Assembly: GCA_030038755.1 (NCBI GenBank)
Contig: JASHSK010000221.1
Coordinates: 1,104-65,103, forward strand
Reading direction: 5' to 3'
From: Gammaproteobacteria bacterium
GTDB taxonomy: Bacteria > Pseudomonadota > Gammaproteobacteria > Steroidobacterales > Steroidobacteraceae
DNA length: 64,000 nucleotides
The position numbers and the translations under genes are program-made. This document shows, piece after piece, positions 20,907 through 29,272 of this stretch. The notes below the pieces were generated by a model. The model was not told the DNA's origin and did no database searches. It worked only from the letters and a program-made list of their open reading frames with translations. The number at the start of each line of letters is the position of its first letter. Within the stretch, counting starts at the first letter, position 1.

Positions 20907-21848
20907 ATGAAGACGCAACCATGCGTGCTTGCGATGCTGGCCTTCTCGGCGGGGTTGCTGTACGCGGCCGCCGCCGCCGCCCAGGTCGATCTGTCGGGTA
21001 ACTGGGCACTGGAAAGCACGCAGGATGCGCTCAAATACGGCGAAGGTCCCCTGACCGACATGTTTGCCGGCATTCCTCTGAACGACCAGGGTCGACAGGC
21101 CGGCATCACCTACCCCGGGGATGAGGGCCAGGAGCTCAACCGCCAGTGCCAGCCCTGGCCGACACATTATTTTCTGATGGGACCCTGGGGCGGCCGGTTT
21201 GCCGCCGTGCATGACGCGGACGGGCGGCTCTTGGCCTGGACCGTCAGCTCTCCCGCCTACGACCGGCTGGCGATTACGATCTGGATGGATGGCCGGGCAT
21301 CTCCGCCGGCACTGGCGCTGCACACCTTTGGCGGCTTCAACACCGGCAAATGGGAGGGCTCGACCCTGGTCGTGTCCACCTCGATGCTGAAGGATGCCTA
21401 TCTGGAGCGCAACGGCCTGCCCAACAGCAACCAGGAGACCGACACCTTCTTCTTCACGCGCCATGGGGATGAGATGACGTTGATGGGCGTCATCGATGAT
21501 CCGGTGTATCTGGAGGCCCCGTGGGTGCTGGCCCGGACTCTCAAGCTGATCTCGGCCGGCAGTGTGGTCTCCGACCCGATCCTCTACTGCATGCCCGCCG
21601 AGGTGCTTGCCGGGTTCACCGACGGCTACCACAGCGCCATCGAGCTGCCGCCGCGCGAAGCGCAACAGCTGGCATTCATGCCAAAGCGCTACAATCTGCC
21701 CGCCATCGCGACGCTGGGCGGCGCGCAGACCATGTACCCGGAGTTTGCAAAAAAAATCGATCGTGAATACCAGCCGCCCACTGCCTACTGTTCACTCTAC
21801 TGCACGCGCCCAATGCGGGTGCAGCCTCCCAGCATTCAAAGCCGCTAG
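20907..21848 (+). CDS. secreted protein of unknown function, family B (copy 3; tandem duplicate of copy 2)
   Basis: The ATG at 20907 (MKTQPCVLAMLAF..) parallels the copy 2 start; the track ORF begins at a TTG at 20901. Long identical runs with copy 2, e.g. QELNRQCQPWPTHYFLMGPWGGRFAAVHDADGRL. Confidence 0.7.
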   Translation: MKTQPCVLAMLAFSAGLLYAAAAAAQVDLSGNWALESTQDALKYGEGPLTDMFAGIPLNDQGRQAGITYPGDEGQELNRQCQPWPTHYFLMGPWGGRFAAVHDADGRLLAWTVSSPAYDRLAITIWMDGRASPPALALHTFGGFNTGKWEGSTLVVSTSMLKDAYLERNGLPNSNQETDTFFFTRHGDEMTLMGVIDDPVYLEAPWVLARTLKLISAGSVVSDPILYCMPAEVLAGFTDGYHSAIELPPREAQQLAFMPKRYNLPAIATLGGAQTMYPEFAKKIDREYQPPTAYCSLYCTRPMRVQPPSIQSR

Positions 21849-21869
21849 ATCGCGGGCACCGGGACCCGT

Positions 21870-23195
21870 ATGGCGCTGAGCCCCGAAGCACTGCAGTCCT
21901 GGTGGATGCCGTTCACGGCGAACCGCTACTTCAAGGCGCACCCGCGCCTGATCGTCGAAGCTCAAGGGGCCTACTACACGCTGGCCGATGGCCGCCGCGT
22001 GTTCGACTGCCTCTCGGGAATGTGGTGTACGCCGCTGGGCCACGCCCACCCGGGCGTCGTGCAGGCAGTGCAGCGTCAGGTGCAGAAGCTCGATTTCAGC
22101 CCGACTTTTCAGATCGGACATCCGGACGCGTTCGAGCTTGCCGCCCGGATCGCAGCTCTGGCGGGTCGCGAGCAGGACCGCGTGTTCTTCGTCAACTCCG
22201 GATCCGAGGCGGTCGATACCGCTCTGAAAGTCGCGATCGCCTATCACCGCGCGCGCGGCGAGGCAACGCGCACCCGTCTGATCGGCCGCGAGCGGGCGTA
22301 TCACGGCGTGGGCCTTGGCGGCCTGTCGGTCGGCGGCATCGGCGCCAACCGTAAAATGTTCACGTCGCTGATGCCGAGCGGCATCGACCATCTGCCACAC
22401 ACGTATTCACCGCGCGATATGGCCTTCACGCGCGGTCAACCTGACTGGGGGAAGCATCTTGCCGATGAGCTCGAGCGTCTGGTCGCCCTGCACGATGCCT
22501 CTACGATCGCGGCCGTCATCGTGGAGCCGGTGCAGGGCTCCACGGGTGTCATCGTCCCGCCGCGCGGCTACCTCGAGCGGCTGCGTGAAATCTGCACGCG
22601 CCACGGCATCCTGCTGATCTTCGACGAGGTGATCACGGGTCTGGGCCGGCTCGGCAGACCCTTCGCCGCGCAGTACTTCGGCGTGCGCCCCGATCTGATC
22701 ACGTTTGCCAAGGCGATCACCAACGGTGTCGTGCCGATGGGTGGCGTGCTGGTGAGCGCGGACATTTACGAAGCGTTCATGACCGGGCCCCCGCACGCGA
22801 TCGAGTTCTTCCACGGCCATACCTACTCGGGCCACCCGCTGGCCGTGGCGGCAGCGCATGCGTCGCTCGATGCGCTCACCGGGGAGGGTCTGATCGAGCG
22901 TGCGGCCGCGCTCGCGCCGCTGCTGGAGCGCGCCGCGCACGGTCTGCGTGGGGAGCCCCATGTGATCGACATCCGCAATATCGGACTGACTGCGGCCGTA
23001 GAGCTCGCGCCGTACACCGGTCAGCCGGGCGTCGTGGCGCTGCAGGTGTTCGAGCGCGCACTGTCCGAGGGGCTGCTGGTGCGCTACGCGGGGGACGTGA
23101 TCGAGCTCGCGCCGCCGTTCATCTCCACGGAGCAGCAGATCGAGTCGATGATCGAAGCGCTGCGACGCTGCCTGCGGGCGGTCCCTGCTGCCTGA
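21870..23195 (+). CDS. class III (omega-amino acid:pyruvate type) PLP aminotransferase
   Basis: WMPFTANR..F...PR.I..A.G.Y N-terminus typical of omega-transaminases. Also SGSEAVDTALK, LLIFDEVITGLGRLG and THGHTYSGHPLA. It starts 21 nt after the upstream stop. Confidence 0.88.
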   Translation: MALSPEALQSWWMPFTANRYFKAHPRLIVEAQGAYYTLADGRRVFDCLSGMWCTPLGHAHPGVVQAVQRQVQKLDFSPTFQIGHPDAFELAARIAALAGREQDRVFFVNSGSEAVDTALKVAIAYHRARGEATRTRLIGRERAYHGVGLGGLSVGGIGANRKMFTSLMPSGIDHLPHTYSPRDMAFTRGQPDWGKHLADELERLVALHDASTIAAVIVEPVQGSTGVIVPPRGYLERLREICTRHGILLIFDEVITGLGRLGRPFAAQYFGVRPDLITFAKAITNGVVPMGGVLVSADIYEAFMTGPPHAIEFFHGHTYSGHPLAVAAAHASLDALTGEGLIERAAALAPLLERAAHGLRGEPHVIDIRNIGLTAAVELAPYTGQPGVVALQVFERALSEGLLVRYAGDVIELAPPFISTEQQIESMIEALRRCLRAVPAA

Positions 23196-23203
23196 GATCG
23201 GCC

Positions 23204-24487
23204 TCAGCGCTGCCTCGCAACGTCCGCCGGCGTTACGGTGCCGCCACGATTGCTCCAGCTGCCTCGGACATAGTTGCTGACCGCGGCGATCTCGGCGTCG
23301 CTCAGGTCGTTGCGGTAGGGCTTCATGGTTTCCCATCCGCCCAGCTTGATGTCCTGCGGCTGGTCCGGTCCATACAGGATGATATTGATCAGCGATGCCG
23401 GGTCACCGGCCTGCACCACCGCGCTTGCCGACAGCGGCGGTGCGCTGAACAGCCCGCCGCGGCCCGAGGACATGTGACATTCCTCGCAATTGTCGCTGTA
23501 GAGTCTGGCGCCGGCCGTCACCGCGGCCTTCGGGGGCGCCGCCTCGCCCGACCGCTGTGGCGGCAGGCTCTTGAGATATACCGCCATGGCATGCACGTCA
23601 TCGTCGCTGAGGTTCCTGAGGCTCCTGTCGACCACGTCATTCATGGGCCCGAAAACTCCGGCGCGCAGCGAAAACCCGGTTTTCAGATACCCGGCGAGAT
23701 TGTCCACTGACCAGGCCGCAAGCCCGGTCCTGGACGAGGTGAGATTGACCGCCGACCAGCGGCGGGTCTGTCCGCCAGGGACCTGCTCGTCAAAAGTGCC
23801 GCCGGAGTAAGCCCGGCTCGTCTGTTCGGCCATGAAGAAATTGCGCGGGCTATGACAGGCATCACAATGGCCGAGACCTTCGACCAGGTAGGCGCCGCGG
23901 TTCCATTGCCCCGACTGTCTGGGGTCAGGCTCGAAGCGGCCGGATTTGAAGAACAGTGGGTTCCAGAACGCCATGGCCCAGCGCTGCCTGAAGAGCAGGC
24001 TATCCGCGGGAGGCGCATAACGCACCGGCTGCAGCGTGCGCAGATAGGCGTAGATCGCGGCCACGTCTGCGTCGCTGACCCTGGTGAATGAAGTGTACGG
24101 AAAGGCAGGAAAGAGATGGCGCCCGCCGGGCGCGATGCCGTCGTGCATGGCGGTGCGGAAGTCGTCGAGGCTCCACGCGCCGATCCCGGTTTGATCGTCG
24201 GGTGTGATGTTGGACGAATAAATCGTGCCCAGCTTGGTGATGACGGGCACGCCGCCGGAGAATGCGGCACCCCCGGGCCGTGTGTGGCAGCTCGCGCAGT
24301 CACCCGCAGCGGCCAGATATTTCCCCTGCTGGATCGTCGAATCGGCAGTGCGTGGAGCGGCGGATCCCGCGCCCGATGCCTGCGCGCCGCCTTGAGCTCG
24401 ACACGCCCGTCCGATCAGCAGTCCAATCACGGTGCCCGCGACAAGCAGCGCCGGGACGCAAAAAAAAGCGGAGCGGCTTTTCTTCAT
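23204..24487 (-). CDS. triheme c-type cytochrome (cytochrome subunit type of membrane dehydrogenases)
   Basis: Signal/anchor MKKSRSAFFCVPALLVAGTVIGLL. Three CxxCH motifs (CASCH, CDACH, CEECH) in three cytochrome c domains, ~427 aa. Confidence 0.85.
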   Translation of the reverse strand: MKKSRSAFFCVPALLVAGTVIGLLIGRACRAQGGAQASGAGSAAPRTADSTIQQGKYLAAAGDCASCHTRPGGAAFSGGVPVITKLGTIYSSNITPDDQTGIGAWSLDDFRTAMHDGIAPGGRHLFPAFPYTSFTRVSDADVAAIYAYLRTLQPVRYAPPADSLLFRQRWAMAFWNPLFFKSGRFEPDPRQSGQWNRGAYLVEGLGHCDACHSPRNFFMAEQTSRAYSGGTFDEQVPGGQTRRWSAVNLTSSRTGLAAWSVDNLAGYLKTGFSLRAGVFGPMNDVVDRSLRNLSDDDVHAMAVYLKSLPPQRSGEAAPPKAAVTAGARLYSDNCEECHMSSGRGGLFSAPPLSASAVVQAGDPASLINIILYGPDQPQDIKLGGWETMKPYRNDLSDAEIAAVSNYVRGSWSNRGGTVTPADVARQR

Positions 24488-24623
24488 GGCCTACCTTGCG
24501 CGCAACGAGGTGAAGTGCGTACTGTAACCAGTGCGCCATGGTGCAGCTAGATCGCGGCGGCGATCTTCGGTGATAATGAGCCTCCGGGGGATCAAGCGGC
24601 CTGTGATTCGGTAGCGCCAGACA

Positions 24624-25232
24624 ATGAGCCGACGCAATTGCACGATGCCCGCTGCCGAGCGCCGCGCGCCGCGCATCCTGAATGCGATGTCGTCCATCGT
24701 CATCGGCGCGCTCGTGATATCGGTCCCTCGCGCGGGCCTGTCGGACAGCCGGGCGCCGCAGCCGATCGACGCATGCGGGCTATTGATGGCGCGCGACCTG
24801 TCGACTCTCCTGGGTATGCCGGTCGAAGCCGCAGAACGTCACGACGCCGGTGTGACCCGGCAAGGGGCCTATTCCTCGACGTGCCTGTGGAAGGTGCGCA
24901 ATGCCCGCCTGCGGCTGCACGACCCGAACGCGACTCTCGGAGGAGCGGATTTCGCCATCCTGAACGTATCCTCGTGGCTCTCCAGCGAGGGCGCGAAGAC
25001 GTTCGTGCAGTCGTTCTGGACCGCTGCGGACAATCACGAGATCCCAACGCGCCCGCTCGCCCTTCACATCGGCGACGACAGCTTATGGTGGGGAGACGGC
25101 GTGGCCGTCCAGAAAGGCACGGTGAGTTTCGGTGTTTCCGTCGTATTGAATTCGGCCGATCGCGATCAGCGGCGCGCATGGGAAGAATCGCTGGCCAGGA
25201 AGATCGTGGACCGGATTCGTACCGACCATTGA
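24624..25232 (+). CDS. hypothetical exported protein
   Basis: GC3-rich ORF with a hydrophobic N-region (ILNAMSSIVIGALVISV). No recognised motifs. Start uncertain (24624, 24645 or 24687). Confidence 0.4.
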   Translation: MSRRNCTMPAAERRAPRILNAMSSIVIGALVISVPRAGLSDSRAPQPIDACGLLMARDLSTLLGMPVEAAERHDAGVTRQGAYSSTCLWKVRNARLRLHDPNATLGGADFAILNVSSWLSSEGAKTFVQSFWTAADNHEIPTRPLALHIGDDSLWWGDGVAVQKGTVSFGVSVVLNSADRDQRRAWEESLARKIVDRIRTDH

Positions 25233-25325
25233 GAGTGAGAATGAGCGTCGCTCGCGGGGGGCGGCGGCGTAAAACATCATCGATAGGGATTCGCAGCGCC
25301 TGGTCGCCTCACGCGGAGAACAACC

Positions 25326-26930
25326 TTGTTTCATCAACTATTGACCCCCGTTCACGGCAATCTGCCGCTGTCGTTTCTCGTGGCGGTGATTCCGATCGCA
25401 ACCGTGCTGGTTCTATTGGGGATTCTCAAGCGGCCCGCGTGGCAGTCTTCTCTGGCGGGTCTCGCGGTCGCGTTCGGGGTCGCGATCGGAGTGTGGCGCT
25501 TCCCCGTCAACCTCGCCATCGAGAGCACCATCGCGGGTGTGGCCTTTGCGCTCTGGCCGATCATGTGGATCGTGTTCTCGGCCCTCGTGCTTTACAACGT
25601 CGCCATCATCTCCGGCCGATTCGACGCTTTCCGGCGCTGGGTCATCGAGCATCTGCCGAATGATCGGCGCATCATCCTCGTCGTCATCGGCTATTGCTTC
25701 GGCGCGCTGCTCGAAGGGGTCACCGGTTTCGGCGCGCCGGTGGCCATCATCAGCTCGCTGCTGATCATGCTCGGCTTCGACGCCCTCGATGCAATCGTCT
25801 ATGCGCTGATATTCAATACCGCACCGGTGGCGTTCGGCTCCATCGGGGTACCGGTCACCACGCTCGCCGGCGTCACGGGACTGCCGGATACGGTACTGGG
25901 CGCGATGATCGGCCGGCAGCTGCCGTTTCTTGCGTTCCTGCTGCCCTTCTATGCCATCGCGATGTATGGCGGGTGGCGCTCGGTGCGTGCGATCTGGCCG
26001 GTGCTGCTGGTCGCGGGCACGACCGGCGCGCTCGCTCAGTTCGTGACGGCAAATTACATCAGCTACCAGTTGACGAATATCGTGTCCTCGCTCGTTTCGC
26101 TGGCGCTGACGGTCGCTTTTCTGAAGGTGTGGAAGCCCGCTCACGATCCCGCCTATGCCGTAGCCGAGGCGCCGGCCACTCTCGAGAAGGCACATGCCCA
26201 CATTCCGGTATGGCAGGGGTGGATTCCGTGGCTGATCGTCGCCGTGGTCGTGACCTTGTGGACGACGTGGAAATTCGCCGCCTTTCATCAGATGAACCTG
26301 CCGTGGGCGGGTCTGCATGATGCCGTATTCATTACGCTGTACAAAAAGCCCTATGCCGCGGTGTTCAACTTCCAGCCGCTCACCACCGGGACCGCGATAC
26401 TGATATCGAGCATACTGACGGGGCTGGCGGTCGGAGTCGGCGTCAACGGCTACATACAGGCCATGGCCCGGACCTGGAAGCAGATCCGCCTGCCAACCTT
26501 CACGGTGACGGCGATCGTCGGCCTTGCCTTCCTGATGAACTATTCGGGCATCGCCTACACGCTCGGTCTCGGTGTGGCGTCCGTGGGCGCTCTGTTTCCG
26601 CTGTTGTCCGCCTTCCTCGGTTGGCTCGCGGTCTTTCTGTCGGGAAGCGACTCCTCGGGCAATGCGCTGTTCGGCAATCTGCAGGTCGTCGCGGCCCGAC
26701 AGCTCAATCTCAGCCCCATCCTCATCGCGGCCACCAATTCTTCGGGCGGAGTACTGGGTAAGATGATCTCGCCGCAAAACATCGCGACCGGCTGCGCGAC
26801 CAGCAATCTGACGGGCCATGAAGGCGCGATGTTTGCGCGCACGTTCCTGCACAGCGTCTTTCTCACCGTACTGCTCGGCTGTCTCGTCTGGCTGCAGCAA
26901 TACGTGTGGCCGTGGATGATCGCGAGCTAG
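25326..26930 (+). CDS. L-lactate/glycolate permease family (LctP) transporter
   Basis: 534 aa, many TM segments. N-terminal LSFLVAVIPI..VLLG.LKRPAW and the GFGAPVAI, SGSDSSGNALFG and NSSGGVLGKMISPQNIA blocks are characteristic of the LctP family. Apparent TTG start. Confidence 0.88.
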   Translation: MFHQLLTPVHGNLPLSFLVAVIPIATVLVLLGILKRPAWQSSLAGLAVAFGVAIGVWRFPVNLAIESTIAGVAFALWPIMWIVFSALVLYNVAIISGRFDAFRRWVIEHLPNDRRIILVVIGYCFGALLEGVTGFGAPVAIISSLLIMLGFDALDAIVYALIFNTAPVAFGSIGVPVTTLAGVTGLPDTVLGAMIGRQLPFLAFLLPFYAIAMYGGWRSVRAIWPVLLVAGTTGALAQFVTANYISYQLTNIVSSLVSLALTVAFLKVWKPAHDPAYAVAEAPATLEKAHAHIPVWQGWIPWLIVAVVVTLWTTWKFAAFHQMNLPWAGLHDAVFITLYKKPYAAVFNFQPLTTGTAILISSILTGLAVGVGVNGYIQAMARTWKQIRLPTFTVTAIVGLAFLMNYSGIAYTLGLGVASVGALFPLLSAFLGWLAVFLSGSDSSGNALFGNLQVVAARQLNLSPILIAATNSSGGVLGKMISPQNIATGCATSNLTGHEGAMFARTFLHSVFLTVLLGCLVWLQQYVWPWMIAS

Positions 26931-27040
26931 CATCGCAACCGTGGTCAACCGGCGACTTTCACGGCCGCAGCGGCGCGTGCTAAGCTGCCCGCGCGACTCC
27001 TCACGCTCAGCCATCCGGAGTTGATGCGGGTCCCGCCACC

Positions 27041-27502
27041 ATGAAGCGACTCTCCATATTGAGCTGCTCGTGCGCGCTGATGCTCACGGCGGCGCCGGTT
27101 CTGGCATCGGATCAGGACGTGATCCAATACCGGGAGGCCATCATGAATACACTCAATGAGGAGTCCGCAGCGCTCGGCCAGATCGCCTCGGGCGTCATCC
27201 CGGACGACAGTCTGGTGGCGCATATGAACATACTGGCGCTGGCCGCATCGGCTGGCGTCAAGGCGTTCCAGCCCAAAGTTCCCGGCGGTAAGGCGAAGCC
27301 CGATGTGTGGGCCAACTGGGCGGACTTCTCCAAGCGCATGAACGATTTCGCGCAAATGACGGCGGCGGGCGCCAAGGTCGCGAAGGATCAAGGCAAGGAC
27401 GCGGCCCTGGTGGCGCTGATCAATTACGCGGATGCCTGCAAGGGCTGTCACGATATGTATCGGCAGAATCAGAAGGGAGGCGGAGACAGCTCCGCCCAAT
27501 AG
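27041..27502 (+). CDS. cytochrome c' (class II, four-helix-bundle) family protein
   Basis: Signal peptide, ~150 aa, and a single haem motif near the C-terminus (ADACKGCHDMYRQ). Also VIQYREAIMN and KPDVWANWADF blocks. Confidence 0.8.
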   Translation: MKRLSILSCSCALMLTAAPVLASDQDVIQYREAIMNTLNEESAALGQIASGVIPDDSLVAHMNILALAASAGVKAFQPKVPGGKAKPDVWANWADFSKRMNDFAQMTAAGAKVAKDQGKDAALVALINYADACKGCHDMYRQNQKGGGDSSAQ

Positions 27503-27516
27503 CGACTCGGCGCTGA

Positions 27517-27882
27517 TCAGGCGCTGAAGTGCAATACATGCCAGACGCCGCCCGCGCCGTCACGGGTGGGCCTGTCGGGTCTGTCGTGCAGGTACGTATA
27601 GACCGCATACCGCTCGAAGGCCCACTGGCGCCGGCCGTCCTTACGCACGAATATCGTCCACTCGCCCAGGGGTTTCTCGCCCGTGGGCGCCAACAGCGGA
27701 ATCCACTGCTTCTCGCACGTGCTATTGCAGGCGGTTTCGCCGGGCGAAGCGGATTCGTTGACGTACAGCGGCAGGTTCGAGGAGCTCTGCAGGAAGGTCC
27801 AGCCCATCCGGTCCTGCACGAGTGAAACCTCTGCAGGATAGGGCAGCTGCGTGTTCAACGATGTCGGAAGGCTCGCTCTCAA
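27517..27882 (-). CDS. COG4315 / PF03640-type 'secreted repeat' single-module protein
   Basis: PLYVNESASPGETACNSTCEKQWIPLLAP...EWTIFVRKDGRRQWAFERYAVYTY matches the repeat seen three times in 34011-35357. No obvious signal peptide in the available ORF. Confidence 0.55.
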   Translation of the reverse strand: MRASLPTSLNTQLPYPAEVSLVQDRMGWTFLQSSSNLPLYVNESASPGETACNSTCEKQWIPLLAPTGEKPLGEWTIFVRKDGRRQWAFERYAVYTYLHDRPDRPTRDGAGGVWHVLHFSA

Positions 27883-27960
27883 GCAACGCCAGGCATATTG
27901 ACCCCGTGGGAATCGAACAACCGGCGGCCGCGAAGATCGATTTGGCCGGCCACGGTCCCG

Positions 27961-28449
27961 TTACTTTTGCATGTAGACGTCGTGGCAGCCCATGCAGCCA
28001 AGCGCCGCGACCTTGGAAGCAGTCGCCGTGACGTCACCTGACTTCGCGGCCTTGGCGAGATCATCGGTGCCGGCGACCAGCGCATCCAGCCGCCGGGAAA
28101 AATCAGCCCAGTTGGTCCAGACGTCCGGCTTGGACTTGCCGCCCGCGACATTGGGCATGAAGGCGCCCCTGGCGGTCGTGGCGGATATCGCGAGGATCTG
28201 CGTGAACGTGGCCAGGTCCTCCGGCGGTGCCTTTTTCTGCAGGATCTGGCTGATCAGTGTCATCTGAGCGCCCATCGTCTTCATGATGTGCTGGCGGTAA
28301 TCGATGACGTCCTGATCGTCGGCGCGTGCAATCGCCGGCAGCAGCGTGATCGCGAGCAATGCGGCGGCGCCAACCAGGGACGGCAGCAGGCGCTTCGCGG
28401 GACGGAACGCAGCGCCATGAGCACGCTGCAAAGCAAGACTTGCATACAC
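27961..28449 (-). CDS. cytochrome c' family protein (paralogue of 27041-27502)
   Basis: C-terminal LGCMGCHDVYMQK. VIDYRQHIMK and KPDVWTNWADF parallel the other copy. Signal peptide LLPSLVGAAALLAITLLPAIARA. The GTG at 28449 is preceded by gaggag; the ORF is open to 28611, so the start is uncertain. Confidence 0.75.
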   Translation of the reverse strand: MYASLALQRAHGAAFRPAKRLLPSLVGAAALLAITLLPAIARADDQDVIDYRQHIMKTMGAQMTLISQILQKKAPPEDLATFTQILAISATTARGAFMPNVAGGKSKPDVWTNWADFSRRLDALVAGTDDLAKAAKSGDVTATASKVAALGCMGCHDVYMQK

Positions 28450-28555
28450 GGGGCGTTCTCCTCGGGGAATCGGTACGCCTGTCAAGCGCCCTGCGCGCAT
28501 CAGCCGGCGCCTACACGATCTTTCGGGTTTCTCGTTCGGCTCCGGCCTGCGGGGC

Positions 28556-28873
28556 TCAGCTCTCTTTTGCGGTCCATGAATCGCAGTAGCCCGTCGCATA
28601 CGTGGGGCCATTGAGAATCATGCACATGCCGCAGCCCCCCGAAGTCGCGGTGAAGAACTGGCACATCGAGCAGCTTTTGTCCGAATGAGTGGACATGGCG
28701 GTCCAGTGCAACGAATTGCGTCCGGTCACGGCGTCCGCGCTCAGCGTCTTCGGATCGACGCAGGCGCTCTCGGCAGCATTCGCGGATTCGACGGCAACGG
28801 AGGCGAGCGCACCGCCGATTGAAATCTGAACGACTCGGGTAAGGAGTTTGCGCCGTGAAATCGACCTGCTCAT
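28556..28873 (-). CDS. high-potential iron-sulfur protein (HiPIP) with Tat signal
   Basis: Twin-arginine signal SRRKLLTRVVQISIGGALA. Cys pattern CSMC-x12-C-x12-C followed by DSW is typical of HiPIP. Strong RBS aaaggagg. Confidence 0.75.
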   Translation of the reverse strand: MSRSISRRKLLTRVVQISIGGALASVAVESANAAESACVDPKTLSADAVTGRNSLHWTAMSTHSDKSCSMCQFFTATSGGCGMCMILNGPTYATGYCDSWTAKES

Positions 28874-28893
28874 AGCCCCGCCTCCTTTCGATC

Positions 28894-28922
28894 ATTATAA
28901 AAATTAACGCGACTCGGGACAA
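28894..28922 (-). promoter_or_regulatory. sigma-70-type promoter candidate for HiPIP gene (TTGTCC-17 nt-TATAAT)
   Basis: On the minus strand: TTGTCC (28922-28917), a 17-nt spacer, then a perfect TATAAT (28899-28894). It sits in a locally AT-rich patch ~20 nt upstream of the ATG. Confidence 0.5.
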
Positions 28923-29202
28923 TTAGCGTTGCCGCGTGTTACCGCGCCTTACTGCGCCGGTGAAGCCCGTGCAGCAGAGGTTTGGTGTAACCGTTGGGTT
29001 GACCTCGCGCACTCGAGGGTCAGCGCGCGCGCAGGTTGCGATCATCGCAGGCCCGCAGCCAGACGCTGCTTTATCATCTGCCGCTTCCATCGCGCTGCCA
29101 CTCACGGGTCGTCGCGCTGCCGCTTGCGGGCCATCGCGCCTGCCCGCATCGATGCGTGGATCGCATCCTCGTCCATCACGCCGACTTTGATACTGTGACG
29201 CT

Positions 29203-29272
29203 TCAGGTCCAACGGATCAGGTCCAGCAGATCAGGTCCGGCAGATCAGGTCCGGCAGATCAGGTCCGGCAGA
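29203..29272. repeat. 14-bp tandem repeat x5 (tcaggtccggcaga; first two copies degenerate)
   Basis: Read directly: tcaggtccaacgga, tcaggtccagcaga, then three perfect tcaggtccggcaga copies. The unit is not a multiple of 3. It lies in a 760-bp intergenic region. Confidence 0.9.

Noticed and set aside
27883-27960. tRNA-like T-loop string (gggaatcgaac) between the COG4315 gene and the second cytochrome c' gene.
   Set aside because: The flanking bases do not form a T-stem, and no acceptor or anticodon arms can be drawn.
28923-29202. Possible gene remnant on the minus strand (..SIKVGVMDEDAIHASMRAGAMARKRQRDDP*) and several 60-140-aa ORFs in the long intergenic region.
   Set aside because: They have no start context, no recognisable motif, and the frames are broken by the 14-bp repeat. 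This cannot be supported as a CDS or pseudogene from sequence alone.
29203-29272. CRISPR array.
   Set aside because: The 14-bp units are directly abutting with no spacers. It is a simple tandem repeat, and there are no cas genes in the window.
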